This document shows, piece after piece, positions 28,883 through 37,689 of a stretch of 64,000 nucleotides of DNA. The stretch comes from an uncultured Candidatus Rokubacteria bacterium (GTDB lineage Bacteria; Methylomirabilota; Methylomirabilia; Rokubacteriales; DASRDR01): positions 1,568,001-1,632,000 of the forward strand of contig CAWGVS010000005.1 in assembly GCA_963826115.1 (NCBI GenBank), in the 5' to 3' direction. The position numbers and the translations under genes are program-made. The first letter of the stretch is position 1. Every line of letters starts with the position of its first letter. The notes under the pieces were generated by a model. It saw nothing but the letters and a program-made list of their open reading frames with translations, had not been told where the DNA came from and did not search any database.

Positions 28883-29989
28883 TCATCGGGGAACCTCCAA
28901 GGCCAGATCGGCAAGGCTCGAGCGGAACGCGTCGACCACCGCGTCCATGTCCCGGGGCGTGAGCGTCCCCATGTTGGACACGCGGAATGCGTAGGTGCGG
29001 ATGTCACCCTGGCCGGCGTAGATCACGTACCCGCGGCTCTTCATGGCGTCGTGGAGCGGATCGTAGGCCAGCCCCGGGAGGAGGCGGAAGGTGGTCAGGA
29101 TGTTCGACCGGGCCCCCTCGGGGACCAGGATCTCGAAGCCGAGCCCTGCCATGCCGCGCCGCACCACCCGGGCGTTCTCGGCATACCGGGCGATCCGGTG
29201 GTCCACGCCCTCTCGCTCGAGCTCCACGAGCGCCTGCCGCATCGCGTGGAGGACCTGGACGGCGGGCGTGAACGGGGTGCTGTCGCGCTCCTGGGTGGCG
29301 TAGTGGGCATGGAGGTCGAGGTAGACGCTCCGGGGCGGCTGTCCCGCGAGGGCGTCCAGGGCCGAGCGTCGTCCGAGCACGAAGGCGATCCCCGGGACCC
29401 CCTGGAGGCACTTGTTGGCGCTCGCGGTCACGAAGTCGATGCCGTCGGCCGAGACATCCAGCGGCTCGCCGAAGAGGGAGCTCATGGCGTCCACCAGCAC
29501 CCGACGGCCCGCCCCGGCGGCGACCCGGGCGACGTCCACCACCGGGTTCAGCAGCCCCGTCGTCGTCTCGTGGTGGACCACCGCGACGTGGCTCAGCACG
29601 GGATGCCTCCGGAGAGCCGCGTCCACGTCAGCCGGCGGGACCGGGGTGGTGACGTCGTAGCGGAGCACCTCGGCCCGGATCCCGTGGGCGTGCGCGATCC
29701 GGGCCAGCCGGTCCCCATACACACCGTTGTTCACGATCAGGAGGCCGCGGTCGCGGGGCACCGCCGAGCACACCGCCGCCTCGACCGCCGCGGTCCCGGA
29801 GCCGGTGAAGAGGACGGACGCGAAGCTCCCCGCACACCCCGCCATCCGGACGAGGCGCTCCCGGCAGTCGCGCATCATCTCGAAGAACTCCGGCTCCCGG
29901 TGACAGAGGTCCGGCATCACCAGGGCCTCGCGCACCGGTCGGCTCGTGTTGGCGGGGCCGGGGTTCAGCAGGATCCACTCGCGCTCCAT
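28883..29989 (-). CDS. phnW: 2-aminoethylphosphonate aminotransferase (class V PLP)
   Basis: LLNPGP, GSGTAAVEA, NGVYG, HHETTTG, DAMSS, SANKCLQG, FTPAV. Confidence 0.88.
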   Translation of the reverse strand: MEREWILLNPGPANTSRPVREALVMPDLCHREPEFFEMMRDCRERLVRMAGCAGSFASVLFTGSGTAAVEAAVCSAVPRDRGLLIVNNGVYGDRLARIAHAHGIRAEVLRYDVTTPVPPADVDAALRRHPVLSHVAVVHHETTTGLLNPVVDVARVAAGAGRRVLVDAMSSLFGEPLDVSADGIDFVTASANKCLQGVPGIAFVLGRRSALDALAGQPPRSVYLDLHAHYATQERDSTPFTPAVQVLHAMRQALVELEREGVDHRIARYAENARVVRRGMAGLGFEILVPEGARSNILTTFRLLPGLAYDPLHDAMKSRGYVIYAGQGDIRTYAFRVSNMGTLTPRDMDAVVDAFRSSLADLALEVPR

Positions 29990-30124
29990 CCTCGATCCTC
30001 CCGGCCGTCAGGCTACCCCTCGCGCCCGTCGCCCGTCCACCCTGGCGTCGCGACGTCGATCGCTCCGACGCCGACAGGTCCGCTTCCGCAGAGGCGGCCG
30101 GAGGTCGCCCCCGTGGTTTCTTCC

Positions 30125-30153
30125 TTGTAACCGACGAAGCGACACGCTAAGGT
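30125..30153 (+). promoter_or_regulatory. sigma70-like promoter TTGTAA-N17-TAAGGT
   Basis: Read directly; implies the true start of the next gene is ATG 30182. Confidence 0.55.
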
Positions 30154-30181
30154 GCCGCTAGAGGAGGAGACCCAAGGGGTC

Positions 30182-30379
30182 ATGGCGCAGCTCGCCTTTC
30201 TGATCTCGCTCGTCGCACTGGGAATCTCCATCCTCGCCTACCAGGAAGCCGGCGGCACGAAGGATCTCACCAAGAGGGTCGAGTCGCTTCGTGAAGACCT
30301 CCGGCGCGAGACAGCGGACAGCCTATCCAAGCTCGAAAAGGCGCTCCGCTCGGCGGAGCCCGCGAAATCGAAGCCATGA
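30182..30379 (+). CDS. Small single-TM/coiled-coil hypothetical protein
   Basis: MAQLAFLISLVALGISILAY TM helix then heptad-like helix; purine-rich RBS upstream. Confidence 0.7.
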   Translation: MAQLAFLISLVALGISILAYQEAGGTKDLTKRVESLREDLRRETADSLSKLEKALRSAEPAKSKP

Positions 30380-30476
30380 GTCGAGCCGGCGCGTCTCCTC
30401 CGCGAGGCTGCCGACGCGCGACGCGTCCCGCTTCGATCCGCGAGTGCACACCCGGAGGCTGCGAGCCCTAGAGGCG

Positions 30477-31124
30477 GTGGACGCCGAATCGGACCCCCCT
30501 GACGCTGGTTGGCGCACCGAGCCGCGCTCCGCTGAGCGCCGGGTCGTCCTGCGGCGGCATCAGCTATCCCACCTGCCCGGGCTCGAGGTGCACGCCACCA
30601 TCTTCGAGACCCGCTACGCGCCGGGCTCCTCGCCGAGCCACTGCAGCGGGACGTGCTGCGTGAGCGGCGTCAAGGTCGACGTCGCCCAGCGCGATCAGAT
30701 CCTCGCCCACACCGACCTCGTCCGGCGCGCGATGGACCCCGGACAGGACCACGACCCCCGCCACTGGTTCGAGGAGACGGAGGTCCCCGACCCCGATTTC
30801 CCGTCGGGCCGGTGCGTCGGCACCGAGGTCCACAACGGCGGCTGCGTCTTCCTGGACTCGGCCGGGCGGTGCGTGCTCCAGGCGGTGACGATCGCCCAGG
30901 CCAGGCCAGGTTTCGACCTGAAGCCCTTCTTCTGCTACGCCTTCCCGATCACGGTCGCCAACGGAGCGCTGTGGATCGACGAGATGTGTCTGGACGCGCC
31001 CGGCGGCTGCTGCCGGCCGGCGCCCGGTGGCCCGCTCGGCGTCCTCGACGTCTGCGAGGGCGAGCTGCGCCACACGCTCGGCGACGAGGGGCTCCAGGAG
31101 CTCCGGCGGGCTATCGAGGAGTGA
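30477..31124 (+). CDS. Cys-rich DUF3109/YkgJ-like Zn- or Fe-S-binding protein
   Basis: CSGTCC...GCVFL...CVLQ...KPFFCYAFPI...CLD...CC...C pattern; start uncertain (30291-30588). Confidence 0.72.
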   Translation: MDAESDPPDAGWRTEPRSAERRVVLRRHQLSHLPGLEVHATIFETRYAPGSSPSHCSGTCCVSGVKVDVAQRDQILAHTDLVRRAMDPGQDHDPRHWFEETEVPDPDFPSGRCVGTEVHNGGCVFLDSAGRCVLQAVTIAQARPGFDLKPFFCYAFPITVANGALWIDEMCLDAPGGCCRPAPGGPLGVLDVCEGELRHTLGDEGLQELRRAIEE

Positions 31125-31134
31125 CCGCCACTCG

Positions 31135-32286
31135 ATGAGCTTACGCGCCGGCGCCCAGGTCTCCGCCTCCGGCTCCCCGGTTCGCACGACCGGCCGGGCC
31201 GGCTTGACGGGACCGACGGGGCGGAACGGCCGGCCCGGACCGGCGCCGCGGATCGGCCTTGCCTGCAACCTGAAGCCCGAGGAAGGCCAGCCGTCCCTCC
31301 CGGCGCCGACCGCGAACGGCCACGGGAACGCGGCGGACCTCTACGCCGAGTGGGACGACGAGGTCACGATCGCGGCGCTCGAGGCCGCGCTGGCGGAAGC
31401 GGGCGAGGTCGTCCGGCTCGAGGCGACGAAGGAGTTCCCGCTCCGCCTCCACGAGGCCCGACCCGACATCGTCTTCAACGTGGCCGAGGGGCTCTGGGGG
31501 CCGAACCGCGAAGCCCACGTCCCCGCTTTCTGCGAGTTCTGGAACGTCCCGTACACCGGGAGCGATCCGTTGACGCTGGCGCTCTGCCTCGACAAGGCGC
31601 GGGCCAAGGAGGTCCTGGCCCACCATCGCGTCCCGACCGCCGAGTTCACCGTCGTGCCCCCGCGGGCGCCGCTCGACCGGATCCCGCCCCTCCCCGTCGT
31701 GGTGAAGCCCCTCCACGAGGGATCGAGCAAGGGAATCACCCAGGCGTCGCTCTGCCGGACGCGGGCCGAGGTCGGCCGCGCGGCCGGACGAGTCTGGCGG
31801 CACTACCGCCAGCCGGCGCTCATCGAGCGATGGCTCCCCGGCCGGGAGTTCACGTGCGCCCTGATCGGGAACGACCGGAGGACCCGGCTCCTCCCGGTGG
31901 TCGAGCTGAACTTCGACGCCCTGCCACGGGGCGCCGAGCGTCTCTACTCGTACGAGGCGAAGTGGGTGTGGGACACGCCGGACAAGCCGCTCCCCATCTT
32001 CCAGTGCCCCGCCCCGCTGTCGCGCGGGCTCGCCCGCCAGATCGAGGAGACGGTCCTGGCGGCGTACCGCGTCCTCCGCTGCCGGGACTGGGCGCGCATC
32101 GACGTCCGGTGCGACGCGCGAGGGGTGCCGCACATCCTCGAGGTCAACCCCCTGCCGGGCGTGCTCCCGGACCCGGACATGAACTCCTGCTTCCCCAAGG
32201 CGGCGCGCGCCGCCGGCATGGACTACGGCACGATGATCCGGGCCGTCCTCCGGGCGGGCGCGGCGCGACATGGCATTGCGGTCTAG
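31135..32286 (+). CDS. D-Ala-D-Ala ligase-like ATP-grasp protein A
   Basis: DLYAEWDD, FNVAEG, YTGSD, VVKPLHEGSSKGI, GREFT, WARIDVR, LEVNPLPG. Confidence 0.88.
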   Translation: MSLRAGAQVSASGSPVRTTGRAGLTGPTGRNGRPGPAPRIGLACNLKPEEGQPSLPAPTANGHGNAADLYAEWDDEVTIAALEAALAEAGEVVRLEATKEFPLRLHEARPDIVFNVAEGLWGPNREAHVPAFCEFWNVPYTGSDPLTLALCLDKARAKEVLAHHRVPTAEFTVVPPRAPLDRIPPLPVVVKPLHEGSSKGITQASLCRTRAEVGRAAGRVWRHYRQPALIERWLPGREFTCALIGNDRRTRLLPVVELNFDALPRGAERLYSYEAKWVWDTPDKPLPIFQCPAPLSRGLARQIEETVLAAYRVLRCRDWARIDVRCDARGVPHILEVNPLPGVLPDPDMNSCFPKAARAAGMDYGTMIRAVLRAGAARHGIAV

Positions 32287-33418
32287 GGTCCGCCGCCACG
32301 CGCGCGGTCGGCCGCGGGTCGCGGTCATCACCGACGCCCTGTCGGAGGCAACCGCCCAGGCAGTCGGAACTCCCTCGGCCCCGGGCAATCCCGAGCCGAT
32401 CATCGCCGCGCTCCGCGATCTCGGCTACCACCCGGTGCTCGTGGCGTTCAGCGGCAACGTCGCGGACTGGCTGGTCGAGCTGGTCACCGGCCGCTTCCAG
32501 CTGGTGTTCAACCTCTGCGAGGGGCTCAGCAACCAGGCCGCCGGCGAGCCGGTGGCCGCGGGGCTCGTGGAGATCCTCGGCCTGCCGATGACCGGCGCCT
32601 CGTCCGACATGCTCGCGCTCTGCCTCCGGAAGGACCGGGCGAACGCCGTGCTCCACGCGAGCGGCGTGCCGGTCCCGGAGTGGATCCTCGCGCGGCCGGG
32701 CGTCCGCCGGGGACCCTGGCGCCGCTACCCGGCGATCGTGAAGCCCGCCGGCGAGGACGGGTCGTTCGGCATCAGCTCCGACTCCGTGGTCGCCGACCGG
32801 CTCGCCCTCGCGACCGTCGTGTCGCGGGGATGCGCCCAATGGGGCCGCATGGTCGTCCAGCGCTACATCGCCGGACGCGAGTTCAACCTCGCGATCGTCG
32901 GCGGGCGCGTGCTGCCCCACGCCGAGATCGACTTCAGCCGCATGCGTCCGGGACTGCCCCCGGTCGTCACGTACGCAGCGAAGTGGGAGCACGGAAGCCC
33001 GGAGGACCGGGGAACCGTGCCCCGGTGCCCCGCCCGCCTCCCGGCCCGCCTCGCCGCGCGGCTGACGCGGCTCGCCGAGCAGGTCTGGGCTGCCGTCGAC
33101 GGCGTTGGATACGGCCGGATCGACGTCCGGGTCGACGGGCGGGGCACGACGTTCGTCACCGACGTGAACCCGAACCCGGACCTTGGCGTCCAGGCGGGAC
33201 TTGCGCGCCAGGCGGCCGCGACGGGCTGGAGCTACCTCGACCTGATCGCCCGGATCGTCGAGGACGCCCTGGCTCGAGCCCGACAGGCCACCGGGCCAGC
33301 TCCGACTCCTCCGACGGCGCTCGCGGACGCACAGCGCCTGGCGGAGGCCATGCCCTACACCCAGCGCCTCTCGCCGGCCATGGGCCGGCGAGAGCCCAAG
33401 GGGACGAGGTCGACGTGA
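32270..33418 (+). CDS. D-Ala-D-Ala ligase-like ATP-grasp protein B
   Basis: VFNLCEG, IVKPAGEDGSFGI, GREFN, TYAAKW, YGRIDVR, DVNPNP. Confidence 0.85.
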   Translation: MALRSRVRRHARGRPRVAVITDALSEATAQAVGTPSAPGNPEPIIAALRDLGYHPVLVAFSGNVADWLVELVTGRFQLVFNLCEGLSNQAAGEPVAAGLVEILGLPMTGASSDMLALCLRKDRANAVLHASGVPVPEWILARPGVRRGPWRRYPAIVKPAGEDGSFGISSDSVVADRLALATVVSRGCAQWGRMVVQRYIAGREFNLAIVGGRVLPHAEIDFSRMRPGLPPVVTYAAKWEHGSPEDRGTVPRCPARLPARLAARLTRLAEQVWAAVDGVGYGRIDVRVDGRGTTFVTDVNPNPDLGVQAGLARQAAATGWSYLDLIARIVEDALARARQATGPAPTPPTALADAQRLAEAMPYTQRLSPAMGRREPKGTRST

Positions 33419-34488
33419 GCGACTGGCAAGAGAGCCTCCGCGAATCGGTAACCACGGTCGACGAGCTCGTCAAGCGGTTCGGGGTCGAGAACATCGACCG
33501 CGAATCCGTGCAGCGGGCCATCGACGGGTTCAACCTCCGCATCACGCCGGAGCTCCTCAATCTCATCAAGGCGCCCGGGGACGCGGTCTGGCGGCAGTAC
33601 GTTCCCACGCCGCAGGAGAACGAGGTGGTGGATGGCATCGTCGATTCCCTCGGCGAGGATGCCGACTCCCCGGTGCCGAACATCACCCACCGGTATCCGG
33701 ATCGGGTGCTGTTCCTCGTGAGCCCCGTCTGCGCGGCGTACTGCCGCTTCTGCACGCGGCGGCGCAAGGTCGGCGACCCCGAGAAGATCCCGCTCGGGCA
33801 GTTCGACGCGGCGTTCGCCTACATCCGCGACCACACGGAAGTCCGGGACGTGAGCCTCTCGGGCGGCGACCCTCTCATGCTCTCGGACCGGCGGGTGGAG
33901 TACTTCCTCGCGAAGCTCCGGACGATCCCGCACATCGAGATCGTCCGCATCCACACCCGGATTCCGTCGCAGCTTCCGGAGCGCATCACGCCGGCGCTGT
34001 GCGACACGATCAAGAAGCACCACCCGGTGTTCGTGAACGTGCACTTCAACCACCCCGACGAGCTGACGCCGGCCGCCCGGTCGGCCCTCGGGCGTCTCGC
34101 GGACGCCGGATGCCCCCTCGGCAGCCAGACGGTGCTCCTGAAGGGCGTCAACGACGACCCCGTCATCATGAAGCGCCTCATGCAGGAGCTCCTCCGCTGC
34201 CGAGTCCGGCCGTACTACATCTACCAGGCCGACATGGTCGCGGGCGGCGAGCACTTCCGGACCTCGGTCGCCAAGGGGCTCGAGATCATCGAAGCGATTC
34301 AGGGATGGACGTCGGGGCTGGCCGTCCCCCACTTCGTCATCGACGCCCCGGGGGGCGGTGGCAAGATCCCGCTCCTCCCCCAGTACGTGCAGTCGATCAC
34401 CGAGCGGGAGGTCATCCTGCGGAACTACTCGGGCAAGACGTTCCGGTACGTGCTGCCGCAGGCGGAGGCGCCCGTGACGGCCGACTGA
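33415..34488 (+). CDS. kamA: KamA-family radical SAM/PLP 2,3-aminomutase (lysine 2,3-aminomutase-like)
   Basis: THRYPDRVL, CAAYCRFCTR, SGGDPL, HFNHPDE, QTVLLKGVND, PYY, DAPGGGGKIP (PLP Lys). Confidence 0.92.
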   Translation: MSDWQESLRESVTTVDELVKRFGVENIDRESVQRAIDGFNLRITPELLNLIKAPGDAVWRQYVPTPQENEVVDGIVDSLGEDADSPVPNITHRYPDRVLFLVSPVCAAYCRFCTRRRKVGDPEKIPLGQFDAAFAYIRDHTEVRDVSLSGGDPLMLSDRRVEYFLAKLRTIPHIEIVRIHTRIPSQLPERITPALCDTIKKHHPVFVNVHFNHPDELTPAARSALGRLADAGCPLGSQTVLLKGVNDDPVIMKRLMQELLRCRVRPYYIYQADMVAGGEHFRTSVAKGLEIIEAIQGWTSGLAVPHFVIDAPGGGGKIPLLPQYVQSITEREVILRNYSGKTFRYVLPQAEAPVTAD

Positions 34489-34525
34489 GTCCGCGCCTGT
34501 CAGCCGGCCCCGCGGCCGAAACGGA

Positions 34526-34559
34526 GAAGGGGCGAGTCGCGTCGGCGACTCGCCCCTTC
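34526..34559. terminator. Perfect 15-bp hairpin between convergent genes
   Basis: gaaggggcgagtcgc-gtcg-gcgactcgccccttc. Confidence 0.75.
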
Positions 34560-34576
34560 CGTGTCTCCGGGTCCGC

Positions 34577-34792
34577 TCAGGGGAACCCGACCGGCTGGTG
34601 GCGGTGCGGCAGGGCCACCCCGCTCCGGCGGAACTCCGCGCGGAACGCCTCCGCGTCCGAACCCTCGAACCCGCGCATCCCCTCCCGCAGCAGCGACACG
34701 GGCGAAGCGGTCCGGCTCTGGCGCCGCGACGCGGCCTGCAGCACGCCCGCGAGCACCACGACCAGCCCTCCGGTCAGCATGAGATCCAGCAT
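34577..34792 (-). CDS. Small membrane hypothetical protein (71 aa)
   Basis: GAGGAG RBS, ATG 34792, N-terminal TM. Confidence 0.55.
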   Translation of the reverse strand: MLDLMLTGGLVVVLAGVLQAASRRQSRTASPVSLLREGMRGFEGSDAEAFRAEFRRSGVALPHRHQPVGFP

Positions 34793-34806
34793 CGAAGTCT
34801 CCTCCT

Positions 34807-35187
34807 CTACGCGGCCTGGAGGCGCCGAGCCGGCCGGACCGACGTGGCGACCGGCCGCGCCGGCGCCGTCTCCGGGGTCAGGACCAGCTCGTAGCGCCCG
34901 GCGCCCACGCGGGTCAGCGTCTCGTGCGCGATGCCCACGATGCGGCTCACCACGTTCGGCCGGCCCACCGGAACCTTGATCTCCACCCGCCACGGCCCGC
35001 CGAGCGGCTTGGCCACGAGGGGCGCCACGATCGGGCCCACCTCGTCGGCGATGGCGTCCGTCAGTCGGACCTGGCGCGCGATGATGGCCTCCCGACGCCG
35101 GTCGCGCCACGCGGCGAGCGACAGGAGCCCGATGATCACGAGGATCGGCGAGGACACCGTCAGGATCAGGATCGTGGCTGTCATCAT
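34807..35187 (-). CDS. Membrane-anchored hypothetical protein (126 aa)
   Basis: AAGGAGG RBS, ATG 35187, N-terminal TM then alpha/beta-like domain. Confidence 0.65.
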   Translation of the reverse strand: MMTATILILTVSSPILVIIGLLSLAAWRDRRREAIIARQVRLTDAIADEVGPIVAPLVAKPLGGPWRVEIKVPVGRPNVVSRIVGIAHETLTRVGAGRYELVLTPETAPARPVATSVRPARRLQAA

Positions 35188-35276
35188 GGTCGGCTTCCTC
35201 CTTCTTGCCCGTTGAGACACCGCTCGGTCGGCGGTGTGAAAGGAAGGAGGCCGGTCGGAACGGTCGGGGGCGGAGC

Positions 35277-36191
35277 CTAGGCGGCCAGGAACGGCTCGAG
35301 GGCGGCCAGGATCTCGGCGGGAGCCTCCTCGGCCAGGAAGTGGCCGCAGGCAACCGACTGCGCCCGGACGTCCGCCGCCCAGCCCCGCCAGACGGCGGCG
35401 AAGTCCCAGGCCGGCTCGGCCCCGGGTGGCACGCCCCGGAGCGCCAGCACCGGACACGCGATGCGCCGGCGACCCCGATCCGCCGCGTCGTCCTCCAGGT
35501 CCACCGTGGCGCCCGCCCGGTAGTCCTCGCAGCTGGCGTGGACGACGCCGGGGTCCCGGTAGGCCCGCCCGTACTCGGCGAGGGCCCGTGGATCGAAGGC
35601 GTCCGCCCGCCCCGCCCAGCTCTCGAGAGTCCACCGGAGGAAGTACTCCGGGTCGGCGCCGATCAGGCGCTCCGGCAGGTCGGCCGGCTGCGCGAGGAAG
35701 AGCCAGTGGTAGTCGGCCAGGGCGCTCCCCCGGTCGAGCCGCTCCCAGGTCTCGAGCGTCGGCACGATGTCGAGGACGGCGAGGCGCGCCACGCGCTCCG
35801 GGTGGTCGAGCGCCAGCCGGTACGCCACGCGGGCGCCGCGGTCGTGTCCGACCACGGAGAATCGCTCGAATCCGAGCCGGCCCATCGTCTCCACCTGGTC
35901 GCCCGCCATCGCTCGCTTCGAGTAGGCGCGATGCGCCGGATCCGCGGGCGGCCGGCCGCTGTCGCCGTAGCCGCGGAGGTCCGGGCAGACCACGGTGAAC
36001 CGCGCCGCCAGCACAGGCGCCACGCGATGCCAGCATGCGTGGGTCTGGGGGAACCCGTGGAGCAGCAGCACCGGGGGCCCCGCCCCGCCGACGACCGCGT
36101 GGATCTCCGTCTCGCGCGTGCGGAGCCGCTCGCGCCGGAACCCCGGGAAGAGCGCCGCGTCCGCGGCCGCGCCGGGATCGGCCCCGCTCAA
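35277..36191 (-). CDS. Haloacetate (fluoroacetate-type) dehalogenase, alpha/beta hydrolase
   Basis: LLHGFPQTH, YSKRAMA, GHDRGARV (Asp nucleophile plus two Arg), LDIVPT, YHWLF, CEDYRA, CGHFLAEE; TTG start overlaps upstream TGA. Confidence 0.85.
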   Translation of the reverse strand: MSGADPGAAADAALFPGFRRERLRTRETEIHAVVGGAGPPVLLLHGFPQTHACWHRVAPVLAARFTVVCPDLRGYGDSGRPPADPAHRAYSKRAMAGDQVETMGRLGFERFSVVGHDRGARVAYRLALDHPERVARLAVLDIVPTLETWERLDRGSALADYHWLFLAQPADLPERLIGADPEYFLRWTLESWAGRADAFDPRALAEYGRAYRDPGVVHASCEDYRAGATVDLEDDAADRGRRRIACPVLALRGVPPGAEPAWDFAAVWRGWAADVRAQSVACGHFLAEEAPAEILAALEPFLAA

Positions 36192-37162
36192 TTGACCTCG
36201 TGGAGCGGGTGGAGGTCCGGGCGGCAGCTCGTGCAGGGCTTCAGACCCACCGCCTCGGCTCGCTTCCGCGAGCCGAAGTACGTCAGGAGGCCGGACTGGA
36301 GCATCTCCGTCGACGGGCAGCTGGGGACGCAGTACTCCCTGTCGCCCGGCGCGAGGAGGTACATCGCGTTCCGGGCGATCGCGAAGTCGTCGTGGGCCGG
36401 CACCAGCGGCACGCCCTCGGTCGTGAGCAGTTGCCGCTTTCGCCCCGTCCCGCCGCCGGCGTACCCCGTCAGGAGCCCCGAGGCCCCGACCACCCGATGG
36501 CACGGGATGGCCACCGGCACGGGATTCCACCGGAGCGCCTGCGCCACGGCCCGCACCGCACGGGGTTGCCCGAGGTCGCGGGCCAGCCGCTTGTACGACA
36601 CCACCGCGCCGTAGGGGATGCCGGCCGTATGCTCGAGCACCTTCCGCTGGAACGGGCTCTTGATGAGCCGGAAGTCGAGCGGCCATCCAAGTTGCTGGGT
36701 CCGGCCCTCGACGTAGGCCCGGAAGTCCCGGTAGAGCCCCTCGGCCTCGCCGCCGTCCTCGACGACCTCGACCCCGCGCAGCCGCGAGAGACGGGACCCG
36801 GCGAGGTCGCCACGCCCGTGGAGGTACTCCAGGAGCACCACGCCCTGCTCGGAGTGAGCGAGCAGGATCGGCCCCAGAGGGGAGTCGAACACCCGGTACG
36901 CGACGATGCGGCTCCGCAGGTCGTCGAGCCGCGCTTCCAGCCGCTCCCGCGACTGCGCCACGCCCGCCACGTCCACCGCCGCGCTCCGAATCGCTCCGAG
37001 CTCGCGGTCGATCACCCGGTAGCTCGCGTGCTCCGCCCGGCAGGACTTGCACTCCGCGACGTGCTCGGCCACCCGCCCCTCGGCGCGGGCGTCCGCCTCG
37101 CCGATCGCCGCGGCCACGAGGTCCGCCTCGATCCCGACGCAGCTCCCCGCCTTTCGCTTCAC
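36188..37162 (-). CDS. Fusion: zinc anti-sigma (zf-HC2) + O6-methylguanine-DNA methyltransferase + Ada-type Zn-binding domain
   Basis: N-terminal C...HVAECKSC; central SPLG, IPYG, RAVAQA, NPVPVAIPCHRVV; C-terminal YCVPSC...GLKPCTSCRP; GTGA overlap with the sigma gene. Confidence 0.88.
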   Translation of the reverse strand: MKRKAGSCVGIEADLVAAAIGEADARAEGRVAEHVAECKSCRAEHASYRVIDRELGAIRSAAVDVAGVAQSRERLEARLDDLRSRIVAYRVFDSPLGPILLAHSEQGVVLLEYLHGRGDLAGSRLSRLRGVEVVEDGGEAEGLYRDFRAYVEGRTQQLGWPLDFRLIKSPFQRKVLEHTAGIPYGAVVSYKRLARDLGQPRAVRAVAQALRWNPVPVAIPCHRVVGASGLLTGYAGGGTGRKRQLLTTEGVPLVPAHDDFAIARNAMYLLAPGDREYCVPSCPSTEMLQSGLLTYFGSRKRAEAVGLKPCTSCRPDLHPLHEVN

Positions 37163-37689
37163 GACACCAACTCCTTCCCGATCAGCTCGCGCCCCTCGAG
37201 GGCGCGGCGGACCTTCCGTAAAGCCTGGAAGACGTGGGCCCGCGCGGTCTCGGCCGAGCACGCGAGGCTCTGGCCGATCACCTCGTAGTCCAGTCCGTGG
37301 ACCTTCCGCTGAAGGAAGGCCAGGCGCTGCTTGAGCGGCAACGCGGCGACCACGCGGTCGACGGCCGCTCCGATCTCCTGCGAGATGGTCACCCCGTCCG
37401 GGCGCTCCTCGTCCGTCTCCCGCGTCTCCGCCACCACGGCGGCGTACGCGAGCCGCCGCCGCTTCTGCGACCGGAAGTGGTTCCGCGTGAGGTTCGTTGC
37501 GATGGCGAAGAGCCACGCGCGCGAGTTGGCGTCCGGCGGCAGCGTCCGGTGGGCGCGGAACGCCCGCAGGAACGTCTCCTGCGCCAGGTCGTCGGCGTCC
37601 TGCCTCCGCCCCGTCACCCGGAGGACATACCGATAGATCTCAGCGTGGTGGTCCGACATCAGCGCCTCAAAGGTGCGGTCGCCCATCAT
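37159..37689 (-). CDS. ECF RNA polymerase sigma factor
   Basis: DADDLAQETFLRAF, AWLFAIATN (region 2); LPLKQRLAF...LDYEVIG...ETARAHVFQALRKVR (region 4). Confidence 0.92.
   Translation of the reverse strand: MMGDRTFEALMSDHHAEIYRYVLRVTGRRQDADDLAQETFLRAFRAHRTLPPDANSRAWLFAIATNLTRNHFRSQKRRRLAYAAVVAETRETDEERPDGVTISQEIGAAVDRVVAALPLKQRLAFLQRKVHGLDYEVIGQSLACSAETARAHVFQALRKVRRALEGRELIGKELVS

Noticed and set aside
30380-30560. Possible lysine riboswitch upstream of the kamA operon (tagagg...cgccgaa)
   Set aside because: Spacing and other conserved L-box elements are missing
33415-34488. EpmB (EF-P beta-lysylation) assignment
   Set aside because: No efp or epmA nearby; context is ATP-grasp ligases
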